DNA from: an uncultured Actinomycetes bacterium
GTDB taxonomy: Bacteria > Actinomycetota > Coriobacteriia > Anaerosomatales > CAVRZR01
Direction of reading: 5' to 3'
Length of the DNA: 64,000 bases
Assembly (NCBI GenBank): GCA_963725795.1
Contig: CAVRZR010000002.1
Coordinates: 133,762-197,761 of the forward strand
Shown here: positions 18,670-27,884 of the stretch, piece by piece
Numbering within the stretch: the stretch's first letter is position 1
How the letters are laid out: every line of letters begins with the position of its first letter
Made by a program: the position numbers and the translations under genes
The notes under the pieces: generated by a model
Seen by the model: only the letters and a program-made list of their open reading frames with translations
The model's database searches: none
What the model was told of the DNA's origin: nothing

Positions 18670-19590
18670 GTGGACATCACCCTTGTTGTGGAGGCAGCGC
18701 TCGCCCTCGCGGGTATTGGGCTGCTGGTGGGCCTGATGCTCTCGACCGCCGCTCGCAGATTCCACGTCGACGTGGATGAGAGGGTGGAGAGGATCCTGGA
18801 GGTCCTTCCCGGAGCCAACTGCGGCGCGTGCGGCAATCCGTCATGTTTCGGCGCCGCAGAGGCGATCGCGGCGGAGCGCATACCTGTGACGGCATGTGTC
18901 GCCGGGGGACAGGACGTGGCCGCCGGGGTCGCGAGTGTTATGGGTGCCGACAGCCCGGAAGTTGAGCGCGTCGTATCGGTACGGCATTGCGGAGGCGGAA
19001 CGAACGCCAAACGCAAGTTCGCTTACAGCGGAGTGGACTCATGCAATGCCGTCGCACGTCTGGGTGGAGGCGACCTCATGTGCCCCGCGGGGTGCTTCGG
19101 CTACGGAGATTGCGTGAAGGAGTGCCCATTCGATGCCATGTCGATGGACGAGCGTGGTCTACCGGTTATCGATCTGGCCAAGTGCACCGGATGCGGCATC
19201 TGCATCGCCGAGTGCCCGCGCAGCAAGACCGGCCTTTTGGAGCTGATTACCGACGAAGGCGCGGTAGCGGTGCGTTGTGCCTCTCATGACAAACCCAAGG
19301 ACCGCAAGGCGTACTGCTCCATGTGCTGCATCGCGTGCAAGAAGTGCGAGAAGGCGTGTCCCGCGGACGCGATCCACGTGATCGATCTGAACGCGGTCGT
19401 CGACTACGGTAAGTGCACGGCGTGCGGACAATGCGTCGCTGTATGTCCCCAGAACTGTATCGACATCTCGGGTCGGCTCGCCCTAGCGCCCGCAGCGACG
19501 ATCGACGGGTGCAGTGCGAATGTCGAGGGGTTCGTCCCGCTGACGCCGGACGAACCCGTTCCCGTCGGTGACACGGCCAGCGCTTCGTGA
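18670..19590 (+). CDS. rnfB: Rnf complex subunit B (polyferredoxin)
   Basis: N-terminal TM, LPGANCGACG, multiple CxxCxxCxxxCP; SD AGGAG. Confidence 0.95.
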   Translation: MDITLVVEAALALAGIGLLVGLMLSTAARRFHVDVDERVERILEVLPGANCGACGNPSCFGAAEAIAAERIPVTACVAGGQDVAAGVASVMGADSPEVERVVSVRHCGGGTNAKRKFAYSGVDSCNAVARLGGGDLMCPAGCFGYGDCVKECPFDAMSMDERGLPVIDLAKCTGCGICIAECPRSKTGLLELITDEGAVAVRCASHDKPKDRKAYCSMCCIACKKCEKACPADAIHVIDLNAVVDYGKCTACGQCVAVCPQNCIDISGRLALAPAATIDGCSANVEGFVPLTPDEPVPVGDTASAS

Positions 19591-19952
19591 CACACGGAGA
19601 CCGCATCCTGGTCGTTGCCGTCGCTTGTTTGGTGCTTCTGAGCGTTCCGCTCGTCTCTCTTGCCTCCGGCGGATCGCACGAGTCTGCGCTCGTGCAGTCG
19701 GCGAGGGGAACGACGGTCATCGACCTTACCAGGGACGCGGACTACGAGATCGAGGGGCGTCGGGGCGTCGTTCACCTGCGCGTCGCTGCCGGTGCGGTGT
19801 CCGCGGTCGCTGCGGATTGTCCCGACCACGTGTGCGTGAACTCAGGGACCGCTGCTCCGGGACGACCGATCGTATGCGTCCCGAACGGCGTAAGTGTGAC
19901 GCTGTCAGGCAACGGCGGTGGCGAAGGCGATCTTGATGCGGTCTCTCGCTAG
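19587..19952 (+). CDS. NusG domain II (DUF1312)-like exported protein
   Basis: GD+TM N-terminus, ADCPDHVCV, IVCVPN. Confidence 0.8.
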   Translation: MTHGDRILVVAVACLVLLSVPLVSLASGGSHESALVQSARGTTVIDLTRDADYEIEGRRGVVHLRVAAGAVSAVAADCPDHVCVNSGTAAPGRPIVCVPNGVSVTLSGNGGGEGDLDAVSR

Positions 19953-20469
19953 CAAGGGCTCGACAGACCTGGCGCGCGGAGCCGCGCTGCTCGCGCTGTC
20001 CGCTGCACTCGGGCTCGTCGAGACGCTCTGGCTCCCCGCGCTTCCGGTCCCGGGACTCCGCCTCGGCCTCGCGAATCTCGCGGTGGTGGTCGCGCTGGCC
20101 GTGCTCGGTCCTGCGGAGGCATTGTTCGTCTCTCTGGGCCGCGTGCTGATCGTTGGACTCGCCACCGGAACGCTGCTTGGCCCGGTGTCGGTCATCTCCG
20201 CCGCGGGTGCGATCGCCGCGTGGACAGTCATGGTGGCCCTGCGTTCGGCTGGCGCGCGGTTCTCGGTCATCGGATGGTCGGTAGGAGGCGCTAGTGCGCA
20301 CGTTGCAGGCCAGCTGGCATGCGCTGCCGTGCTGACCTCGACACCTGCGGTCCTGTTTCTCGCGCCACTCGCCTTGGCTCTCAGCCTTCCCTCGGGTCTC
20401 GCGATCGGGTTCCTCGCCCGAGCACTTCTCTCCCGTGTCTCCCGTCTTTCGGTGAGGTTCGCGGGATAG
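19936..20469 (+). CDS. Gx transporter family membrane protein ('heptaprenyl diphosphate synthase component I')
   Basis: PVPGLRLGLAN, SVIGWSVGGASAHVAGQ. Confidence 0.8.
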   Translation: MRSLASKGSTDLARGAALLALSAALGLVETLWLPALPVPGLRLGLANLAVVVALAVLGPAEALFVSLGRVLIVGLATGTLLGPVSVISAAGAIAAWTVMVALRSAGARFSVIGWSVGGASAHVAGQLACAAVLTSTPAVLFLAPLALALSLPSGLAIGFLARALLSRVSRLSVRFAG

Positions 20470-20482
20470 AGGAGGTGGCGCG

Positions 20483-21145
20483 ATGGCGCCGCGGATACCG
20501 GGACCGGTTTGCGACCCTCGGGAGATGCTGCTCTTGGGTCAGCCTGAGACGCTCACAGACGCCGCGCTTCTCGGCGTGCTGATCGGGGAGGGCAGGCAGA
20601 GCGGCGCATTCGAACTTCTGAGCAGGCATCCGATCCCGGATGGTCTGTGGCGTGTGAGCGCGGAGGACCTGACCGAGCTATCAGGTGTGGGACCGGCGGC
20701 CGCGGCACGGGTTCTGGCTTGCCTGGAGATCAGTCGGCGTGCTTCCACGTGGGGATGCTCACGGCGCCCGTCGATCTCGACAGCCGAGGACGTGGTCGCC
20801 CTGTGCGCGTCGCAACTTCGCGGTCTCGACCGCGAGCACTTCTGGGCGCTCTCGCTCAACACCAAGAACCAGCTCGTGAAGACGACGGAGGTATCCGTCG
20901 GCAGCCTGAATGCCTCGATCGTGCATCCCCGCGAGCTCTTCAAAGGCGCGGTTCGCGCAAGCGCGGCCGCACTGGTGGTCGTCCACAACCACCCGAGCGG
21001 TGATCCGACACCATCGGGCGCGGACATCCAGCTGACCAGGCGTCTTGTGAAGGCCGGCGACGTTCTTGGAATCGAGCTCCTCGATCACGTCATCATCGGG
21101 GACGGAGGAGAACACACCAGCCTGCGAGACCTCGGTTTGATGTGA
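20483..21145 (+). CDS. radC: RadC/UPF0758 JAB-domain protein
   Basis: GVGPAAA HhH, DREHF, HPRELF, HNHPSGDPTPS, LLDHVII. Confidence 0.95.
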   Translation: MAPRIPGPVCDPREMLLLGQPETLTDAALLGVLIGEGRQSGAFELLSRHPIPDGLWRVSAEDLTELSGVGPAAAARVLACLEISRRASTWGCSRRPSISTAEDVVALCASQLRGLDREHFWALSLNTKNQLVKTTEVSVGSLNASIVHPRELFKGAVRASAAALVVVHNHPSGDPTPSGADIQLTRRLVKAGDVLGIELLDHVIIGDGGEHTSLRDLGLM

Positions 21146-21375
21146 TCCGAGGCTTCGAGCGGGCGAGTGAGCCGACACTCGACCACGGGGCAAGCCGTGC
21201 CCGCTGCCTGCGGGTTCGACGGAGGGGCTATGCTACACTTCTTCGGGCCTTCAGCGGCCAGCTTTGCTGTGCGCGCACAGAGACGACGACTCGACCCCGA
21301 TGAGAGGTCGGCACGGCGGGCTGTCAGGGTTACGACGCACCCGGACGGGCCGTTTCGGAAGGAGAAACGACCGGG

Positions 21376-22416
21376 TTGTCCCTTGTCGACATGTTCTTCA
21401 ACTCATGGGGCGGCGACATGGCCGTCGACCTTGGTACGGCGAACACGCTCGTGTCGGTTCGCGGTCGTGGCATCGTGCTCATCGAACCTTCGGTCGTGGC
21501 CGTGGAGCGTGACACGAAGCGCGTTCTCGCTGTCGGCATCGAAGCCAAGCGCATGCTCGGGCGTACGCCCGGATCGATCGTGGCCATCAGGCCCCTCAAA
21601 GACGGCGTCATCGCTGACTTCGAGGTCACCGAGTCGATGCTTCGCTACTTCATCAACAAGACGCGGGTCAAGCGCTTCCCGTGGCAGCCGAAGCCGCGCG
21701 TCGTCGTCTGCGTGCCAAGCGGCGTGACCGAAGTCGAGAAACGAGCGGTCTTCGAGGCCACGATGTCGGCCGGAGCTCGGCAGGCCTACCTCATCGAGGA
21801 GCCGATGGCCGCTGCGATCGGCGCGGGACTGCCGATCCAAGAACCTACAGGCAACATGGTCGTGGACATCGGCGGCGGGACCACGGAAGTGGCTGTCATC
21901 TCCCTCGGCGGAATCGTCGTCTCCGAGTCCATCCGGATAGCAGGCGACGAGTTCGACGACGCGATCATCAACTACGTGAAGCGCCAGTACAACGTGTTGA
22001 TCGGTGAGCGCACCGCCGAGGAGATCAAGTTCGAGATCGGTTCGGCATGGCCGATGCTCGAGGAGGTGGACGTCGAGGTACGCGGCCGGGACCTTCTGTC
22101 CGGACTTCCGCGCACCATCACGCTTGAATCCGAGGAGATCCGCGATGCGATTCAAGAGCCCCTTGCGGCGATCGTTGCTGCTGTGAAGGCGACGCTCGAG
22201 CAGACTCCGCCCGAGCTGGCGAGTGACCTGATGGAGTACGGCATCGTCTTGACGGGCGGCGGCTCGCTCCTCCGAGGTCTCGACGAACGCCTTCGGAACG
22301 AGACCGGCATGCCGGTACACGTCTCGGAGAGTGCCCTCACGAACGTGGTCGACGGCTCGGCGCAGGCACTCGAAGAGATCGATGCGCTGAAGAAGGTGCT
22401 TCAGGGCGGCCGCTAG
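21376..22416 (+). CDS. mreB: Rod shape-determining protein MreB
   Basis: [35 protein letters not shown]. Confidence 0.98.
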   Translation: MSLVDMFFNSWGGDMAVDLGTANTLVSVRGRGIVLIEPSVVAVERDTKRVLAVGIEAKRMLGRTPGSIVAIRPLKDGVIADFEVTESMLRYFINKTRVKRFPWQPKPRVVVCVPSGVTEVEKRAVFEATMSAGARQAYLIEEPMAAAIGAGLPIQEPTGNMVVDIGGGTTEVAVISLGGIVVSESIRIAGDEFDDAIINYVKRQYNVLIGERTAEEIKFEIGSAWPMLEEVDVEVRGRDLLSGLPRTITLESEEIRDAIQEPLAAIVAAVKATLEQTPPELASDLMEYGIVLTGGGSLLRGLDERLRNETGMPVHVSESALTNVVDGSAQALEEIDALKKVLQGGR

Positions 22417-22438
22417 CCGTTGGCAGAGGCCCGATTTC

Positions 22439-23299
22439 ATGCGAACACCAGGCTCAGACACTAGCCCCACCGCACGCACTCTCGTGCTGGTTGGGTTCGT
22501 TGTTCTCTCACTGCTTCTCACCACGGTGTACTTCCGTGAGGGAGGGTCCGGTCCGATCCACCAGTCGCGCCGAGCGCTCATCGCTGTGGCCGCTCCGTTC
22601 GAGGCGGCTGGAGAGTTCGTGACCCGTCCACTGCGTGCTGCCGGCTCTTGGGTGTCAGGTCTGAGTGTGTCTCGCTCTGAGGTGGGATTGCTCAAACGAC
22701 AGAACCAGGAACTTCGTGCCCGCAATGCCGAACTCGAGGAAGCCCGTCAGGAGAACGAGCGCCTCCGCTCGCTCGTCAAGTTCGTGGAGACGCGCGACCT
22801 CGAGTCGCTCGGCGCTCGCGTCATCGGCCGGCGCTCGAACTCGTGGGAGGGCATCATCACGATCGACCGCGGCACGGCGGAGGGCGTTGAGGCGGGCATG
22901 CCCGTCATCGGTGACGCCGGACTGCTCGGGCAAATCGTCGAGACCTCGCAGCATAGTTCCCGCGTGAGACTTATCACCGACCAGCGAAGCGGTGTCGCCG
23001 CGCTCGTGCAAAGGACTCGTGCCGAAGGCGTCGTGCGCGGCTCGATCGACCGGAGCCTGACGCTTGATTTCGCCAGCCAGGAGGCGTCGCTCAGGGTCGG
23101 CGATGTCGTTATCACGTCCGGAATGGGCGGCGTCTACCCCAAGGGCATCGTCATCGGCGAGATAACCAAGGTCCGCAAACCGCGAAACGCGCTTTCGCCC
23201 ACCGTGTCGGTCCAGCCGAGCGCTCGTCTTGCGGAACTCGAAGAGGTTCTCGTACTGATCGGCGCTCCGCCTACGACGGACGTCGGTGAAGGCGAGTGA
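22439..23299 (+). CDS. mreC: MreC
   Basis: TM, coiled coil (ENERLR), ITIDRG, VITSGMGGVYPKGI. Confidence 0.95.
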   Translation: MRTPGSDTSPTARTLVLVGFVVLSLLLTTVYFREGGSGPIHQSRRALIAVAAPFEAAGEFVTRPLRAAGSWVSGLSVSRSEVGLLKRQNQELRARNAELEEARQENERLRSLVKFVETRDLESLGARVIGRRSNSWEGIITIDRGTAEGVEAGMPVIGDAGLLGQIVETSQHSSRVRLITDQRSGVAALVQRTRAEGVVRGSIDRSLTLDFASQEASLRVGDVVITSGMGGVYPKGIVIGEITKVRKPRNALSPTVSVQPSARLAELEEVLVLIGAPPTTDVGEGE

Positions 23300-23808
23300 A
23301 CCGGGCGCTACCGACGATCGCTGCGCTTCTCCTGGGCTTTGTCTTGCAGGTCGCGCTTGCTCCGTACCTGGCCATCGGGGGCATCGTCCCCAACTTCCTG
23401 CTGCTCGTGGTCGTGACCCTCGCGTTGGTCGAGGGCTCAGGCTGGGGCTGTGCGTCTGGCTTCGTCGCCGGACTGCTCTTCGATCTCATCGGCAGCGGGC
23501 CCGTTGGTCCGATGGCCCTGGTGCTTGCTGTTGTCGGCTACGCCGCCGGTGCGCTGCAAGCGAACCTCTTTGCCGAGGGATGGCTCTTGCCGCTCACGGT
23601 GCTCGGTATCGCGAGCATCACTGCTGGACTCGCGTACGGGCTGATCCTTGCGCTTGTCGGAGAGGCGAGCGGCCTGTGGCATACCTTCTGGAGCGTGATG
23701 CTGCCCGAGGCCCTGTATAATGTCGCGCTAGGCCTGCTGACGTATCCGGTCTTGGCTCGCTTCTTGCGACGTGACCGCCCCATGAATACGCTCAGACGCA
23801 TCGGCTAG
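23296..23808 (+). CDS. mreD: MreD
   Basis: Hydrophobic, VPNFLL, GFVAGLLFD; position in operon. Confidence 0.9.
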   Translation: MNRALPTIAALLLGFVLQVALAPYLAIGGIVPNFLLLVVVTLALVEGSGWGCASGFVAGLLFDLIGSGPVGPMALVLAVVGYAAGALQANLFAEGWLLPLTVLGIASITAGLAYGLILALVGEASGLWHTFWSVMLPEALYNVALGLLTYPVLARFLRRDRPMNTLRRIG

Positions 23809-23864
23809 AGCCCGCTCAAGGCGTGCGAGACTCCCTTCTCCGAATACGGCGTGGAGGCACGTAG

Positions 23865-25724
23865 GTGCCCACCTTCCGTCAACGACTGAAACCGCGCTAC
23901 GCGATACTCGGCCTCATCGTGCTGGGTGTTGTCGGCGTGCTCCTGGTCAGGCTCTGGAGCATGCAGGTGTTGTCCGGCGGCGCCTTCGCTGCCCAAGCGG
24001 ACGACAACCGCATTCGTGAGATCACCCTGGAAGCACCGCGCGGCCGGATCCTCGACCGCAAAGGCAGGCCGCTGGTCGCGAATCGAACGACGATGGCGGT
24101 CACCGTCTCTCCTGCGTCGAAGGACGACGAGGAGATGCTCACCCGGCTCTCGACCGTCTTGGGCATGTCGCTCGCCGACGTCACCGAGCGCGTGAATTCG
24201 ACCCGCGAACAGGCGCTCGAGCCGAGAACGATCGCTATCGACGTGCCGATGTCCTCGGTCGCTTACCTCGCCGAGCACGAGACCGAGTTCCCTGGAGTGG
24301 GGATCGAGGAGCAGGCAGTACGAGAGTATCCGCAGGGTTCCCTGGCCGCCCACGTTCTCGGTTACACCGGTGAGATGTCAGAGGACGAGTTCGAGTCGCG
24401 GCCGGAACTTGCCGGCTACCAGCTCGGGGACCTCGTCGGCAAAGCTGGCGCCGAACGGCAGTTCGAACGCGCGCTTCAAGGTGATCGCGGATTCCGACGA
24501 CTCCAGGTGGATGCGTCGGGCAAGTCGAAGGGTGTCATCGAAGAGGCCGATCCGATTGCCGGCAGCGACGTCATGCTGACGCTGGATGCCGACGTTCAGA
24601 GGGTTGCGGAAGCCGCGCTCACGCGTGCGTTGCAGGACGCACACAAGGATGACTTCAAGAAAGCGCGAGCGGGGGCTGCGGTCGCACTCGACGTCCGGAC
24701 GGGGGAAGTGTTGGCGATGGCGAGCCTCCCGACATACGAACCCGAACTCTTCATCGGGGGGATCTCGACGCCGAACTGGAAGCGGTTGAACGCGAAGGGC
24801 AGCGAGTATCCCCTGACCAACCGCGCCATCATGGCTCAGTACCCTGCGGCATCGACGTTCAAGGCGTTCACGGGGTTGGCTGGGCTGACGTACGGCGTTT
24901 CGTCGCCGGGCTCCACCTACGACTGCAAAGGACGCTGGACCGACATGGGTGAACAGTGGCCGAAATGGTGCTGGAACCATTCCGGCCACGGTATCGAGAC
25001 CTTCATGGAAGGCGTCAAGGACTCCTGCGACGTGGTCTTCTACAACATCGGCTACTCGTTCTACAAGCGCGACAAAGAGGAACTCCAGAAGTTCGCGCGC
25101 CGCTTCGGATTCGGACAAACCATCGGCATCGATCTGCCGGGAGAGGCCGATGGGCGCATACCTGACGCCGCCTGGAAGGCACGGTTCAATAGAGACTATC
25201 CCGAGTACCGCCAATGGCTTCCCGGTGACACCGTCAACCTTGCGATCGGACAGGGCGACTTGCTTGTCACTCCGCTCCAACTCGCCGCTGCCTATGCCGG
25301 CATAGCGAACGACGGGGTCGTGCAAAGGCCGCACGTGCTCAAGCAGGTCCTCGGCACGGATGGGAAGGCCTCGCTCGTATCGAAGCCCACGCCGGCTTTC
25401 CGCACGAAGGTCTCCAAGGCTGACCTTGCGACGATGACCGACGCGCTGGTCAGCGTGACCGAGGAGGGAACCGGCGAGGGCGCCTTCGCCGGCTTCGGCC
25501 AGACCGTAGCCGGCAAGACCGGAACCGCGCAGGTGGCGAAGAAGGACGACTACGCGCTCTTTGTCGGCTTCGCGCCCGCCGAGAATCCGCGCTACGCGGT
25601 CGCAGTGGTCATCGAGCAGGGCGGTCACGGCGGGTCGGTCGCTGGGCCAGCCGCCCGCGAGATCCTCGCCGCGCTTCTCGGCGAACCGATCACGCACGTG
25701 AGCGCGTCGGACGAGTCGAGGTAG
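23865..25724 (+). CDS. mrdA: Penicillin-binding protein 2
   Basis: APRGRILDR, STFK, SCD, KTGTAQ. Confidence 0.96.
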   Translation: MPTFRQRLKPRYAILGLIVLGVVGVLLVRLWSMQVLSGGAFAAQADDNRIREITLEAPRGRILDRKGRPLVANRTTMAVTVSPASKDDEEMLTRLSTVLGMSLADVTERVNSTREQALEPRTIAIDVPMSSVAYLAEHETEFPGVGIEEQAVREYPQGSLAAHVLGYTGEMSEDEFESRPELAGYQLGDLVGKAGAERQFERALQGDRGFRRLQVDASGKSKGVIEEADPIAGSDVMLTLDADVQRVAEAALTRALQDAHKDDFKKARAGAAVALDVRTGEVLAMASLPTYEPELFIGGISTPNWKRLNAKGSEYPLTNRAIMAQYPAASTFKAFTGLAGLTYGVSSPGSTYDCKGRWTDMGEQWPKWCWNHSGHGIETFMEGVKDSCDVVFYNIGYSFYKRDKEELQKFARRFGFGQTIGIDLPGEADGRIPDAAWKARFNRDYPEYRQWLPGDTVNLAIGQGDLLVTPLQLAAAYAGIANDGVVQRPHVLKQVLGTDGKASLVSKPTPAFRTKVSKADLATMTDALVSVTEEGTGEGAFAGFGQTVAGKTGTAQVAKKDDYALFVGFAPAENPRYAVAVVIEQGGHGGSVAGPAAREILAALLGEPITHVSASDESR

Positions 25725-25726
25725 CA

Positions 25727-26833
25727 GTGAACGAACGCTCCCGGCTGTCTTTCGTGAACGTGCCGCTTCTGGTGATCGTCGCCGGGCTGGTTGCGTACGG
25801 CACGGTGATCGTCCAATCAGCGACGTCGGGTATGGGCGCGGGCGATGCCTTGTTCAAACGGCACCTGTTCGGCATCGCTGTCGGCCTGGTGGCGATGTTG
25901 GTCACGTGGGCGATCGACTACAGGCGCTATGCAGCGTGGCTGCCGGCGCTCGTTGTCTTCGACCTGCTACTCATCGTGTCGCCGCGCATCCCTGGCCTCG
26001 GGGACACGGCCAAGGGCGCCACGTCGTGGCTCCAAGTCGCCGGAGTGCGGCTGTTCCAGCCGTCCGAGCCGGCGAAGCTCGTGACGATCATCATCATGGC
26101 CGTCGTGATATCCCGTTTCGATGGAGTGATCGAGCGGCCCAAGGACGTGCTGAAGGTCCTGGCATTCCTCGCCGTCCCGCTCGCCCTGATCATGCTGCAG
26201 CCTGACCTGGGGACCGCGCTCGTGTTCGTAGCGTTCACGATGGGCATGCTGCTGATCGGCGGACTCAAGGCCCGGTGGTTTGCGATCTTCGCGCTCCTCG
26301 GCGTGCTCGTTGTCGGCGTCGTGCTGCAGACTCACATGCTCGAGGCGTACCAGGAGGACCGCCTCTTGGTGTTCGTCGACCCCACGCGCGATCCGCTCGG
26401 CGCGGGCTACAACCTGGAACAATCGAAGATCGCGATCGGTTCGGGGGAGCTCACGGGTAAGGGCCTCAGGTCCGGCACCCAGAGCAACCTGAACTTCCTT
26501 CCCGAACGTCATACCGACTTCGTCTTCTCAGTCCTTGGCGAGGAGCTCGGCTTCCTCGGGGCCGTACTGCTCCTCGGGCTGTACCTCGCCCTGCTCGTGA
26601 CCGCTCTGGAGATCTCAGCATCGTCAAAGGACCTTCTCGGCTCGCTCATCGCAGCCGGTCTGATCGGCATGTGGGCCTTCCAGATCCTCGAGAACATAGG
26701 GATGACGATCGGCCTCATGCCGATCACGGGCATACCCCTTCCATTCATGAGCTTCGGCAGTTCGTTCATGGTCACCAACCTCGCGGGAACGGGTATGCTT
26801 CTGTCGATATGGGCTCGGCGCAAGAGCGCCTGA
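25727..26833 (+). CDS. rodA: SEDS glycosyltransferase RodA
   Basis: QPSEPAK, QPDLGTA, PERHTDF, PITGIPLPFMSFG. Confidence 0.96.
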   Translation: MNERSRLSFVNVPLLVIVAGLVAYGTVIVQSATSGMGAGDALFKRHLFGIAVGLVAMLVTWAIDYRRYAAWLPALVVFDLLLIVSPRIPGLGDTAKGATSWLQVAGVRLFQPSEPAKLVTIIIMAVVISRFDGVIERPKDVLKVLAFLAVPLALIMLQPDLGTALVFVAFTMGMLLIGGLKARWFAIFALLGVLVVGVVLQTHMLEAYQEDRLLVFVDPTRDPLGAGYNLEQSKIAIGSGELTGKGLRSGTQSNLNFLPERHTDFVFSVLGEELGFLGAVLLLGLYLALLVTALEISASSKDLLGSLIAAGLIGMWAFQILENIGMTIGLMPITGIPLPFMSFGSSFMVTNLAGTGMLLSIWARRKSA

Positions 26834-26846
26834 CGGAGGTGTATGT

Positions 26847-27884
26847 GTGAGGCTCCCGATCGACATCCGAGAGATCACGAACGCGAGCAAGAATGCTCGT
26901 GAAGAACGGGAGAAGCCGCTGCGTATTGCGGTGTTCGTGGATCCGGACGCTCCCGAGGCACTTGTCGAGGTGGTTCGCGACCGGCTCGCGCCGCAGACCT
27001 CGTCAGCGCGGCTACACATTGCGATGGCGGAGCCGGGTCTTACGTTGTCCCTCGCCCCCGAGGCCGACGCGGTGATAGCGCTTCTCGGCTCGGGTACCGA
27101 GTCGATGCGTGCCTCTCTGGAAGACGCACGCGAGCAGTACGTGCCGTCGGCGGCGATCGCTCTCGGGTACGACCGCGACGTTGTGGCCCGTCGCATGGGC
27201 CACCCGTTGCTGGACACGCTCGTTCGACCGGACCCGGACGAACTTGTCGACGAACACCTGGCCGAATGGCTCGCCGACAGGCTGTCGAGCAAGCGGCTGG
27301 CGCTGGCAACGAACTTCGCCTTCATGCGCAAGGCGGTCGCGGACGAGGCTGTCAAGGCTACGGCGTTCCAAAACGCGGTCATCGGCGTGATCGCGGTCAT
27401 CCCGGGTGCTGACATGCCGCTCATGACCGCGAACCAAGCCAAGATGATGCTTCAGATCGCGGCGGCATACGGCGAAGCGCTCGGTACGGAGCGCATCAAG
27501 GAGCTCGCCGCCGTCGTAGGGGGCGGGTTCGCGCTGCGCGCCATCGCACGACAAGCGCTCGTGTTCCTTCCCGGCATCGGCTGGGCCATCAAAGGTGGTA
27601 TCGGATACGCAGGGACGCTGGCGATGGGGGAGGCGGCGATCGCGTACTTCGAACGGGGAGCGGACTTCGGAGAGGTCCTGCGTGAAGCGCGGGACGCTCG
27701 CGACCGCGCGATGGCCGAGGCACGGGCGCGCATGCGCCGCGCCGAACGCTCACGCGATACGGCGGCGACTGCGCCGCCCGCGCGTCCTGTCGCTTTGCCG
27801 GCCGCGCCGACTCCCAGCCCGCCAGCCGGTCCGGCAACCACTGTGCAGAGCGGCGGCGATTCGGCGGGTGCCGGTGACCTCTGA
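26847..27884 (+). CDS. Hypothetical protein with DUF697/YcjF-like C-terminal domain
   Basis: NAVIG..IPGADMP..NQAKM..IAAAYG, PGIGWAIKGGI; SD GGAGG. Confidence 0.6.
   Translation: MRLPIDIREITNASKNAREEREKPLRIAVFVDPDAPEALVEVVRDRLAPQTSSARLHIAMAEPGLTLSLAPEADAVIALLGSGTESMRASLEDAREQYVPSAAIALGYDRDVVARRMGHPLLDTLVRPDPDELVDEHLAEWLADRLSSKRLALATNFAFMRKAVADEAVKATAFQNAVIGVIAVIPGADMPLMTANQAKMMLQIAAAYGEALGTERIKELAAVVGGGFALRAIARQALVFLPGIGWAIKGGIGYAGTLAMGEAAIAYFERGADFGEVLREARDARDRAMAEARARMRRAERSRDTAATAPPARPVALPAAPTPSPPAGPATTVQSGGDSAGAGDL

Noticed and set aside
20483-21145. radC as a mobile-element marker
   Set aside because: Full-length HhH+JAB form in the canonical chromosomal position before mreB.
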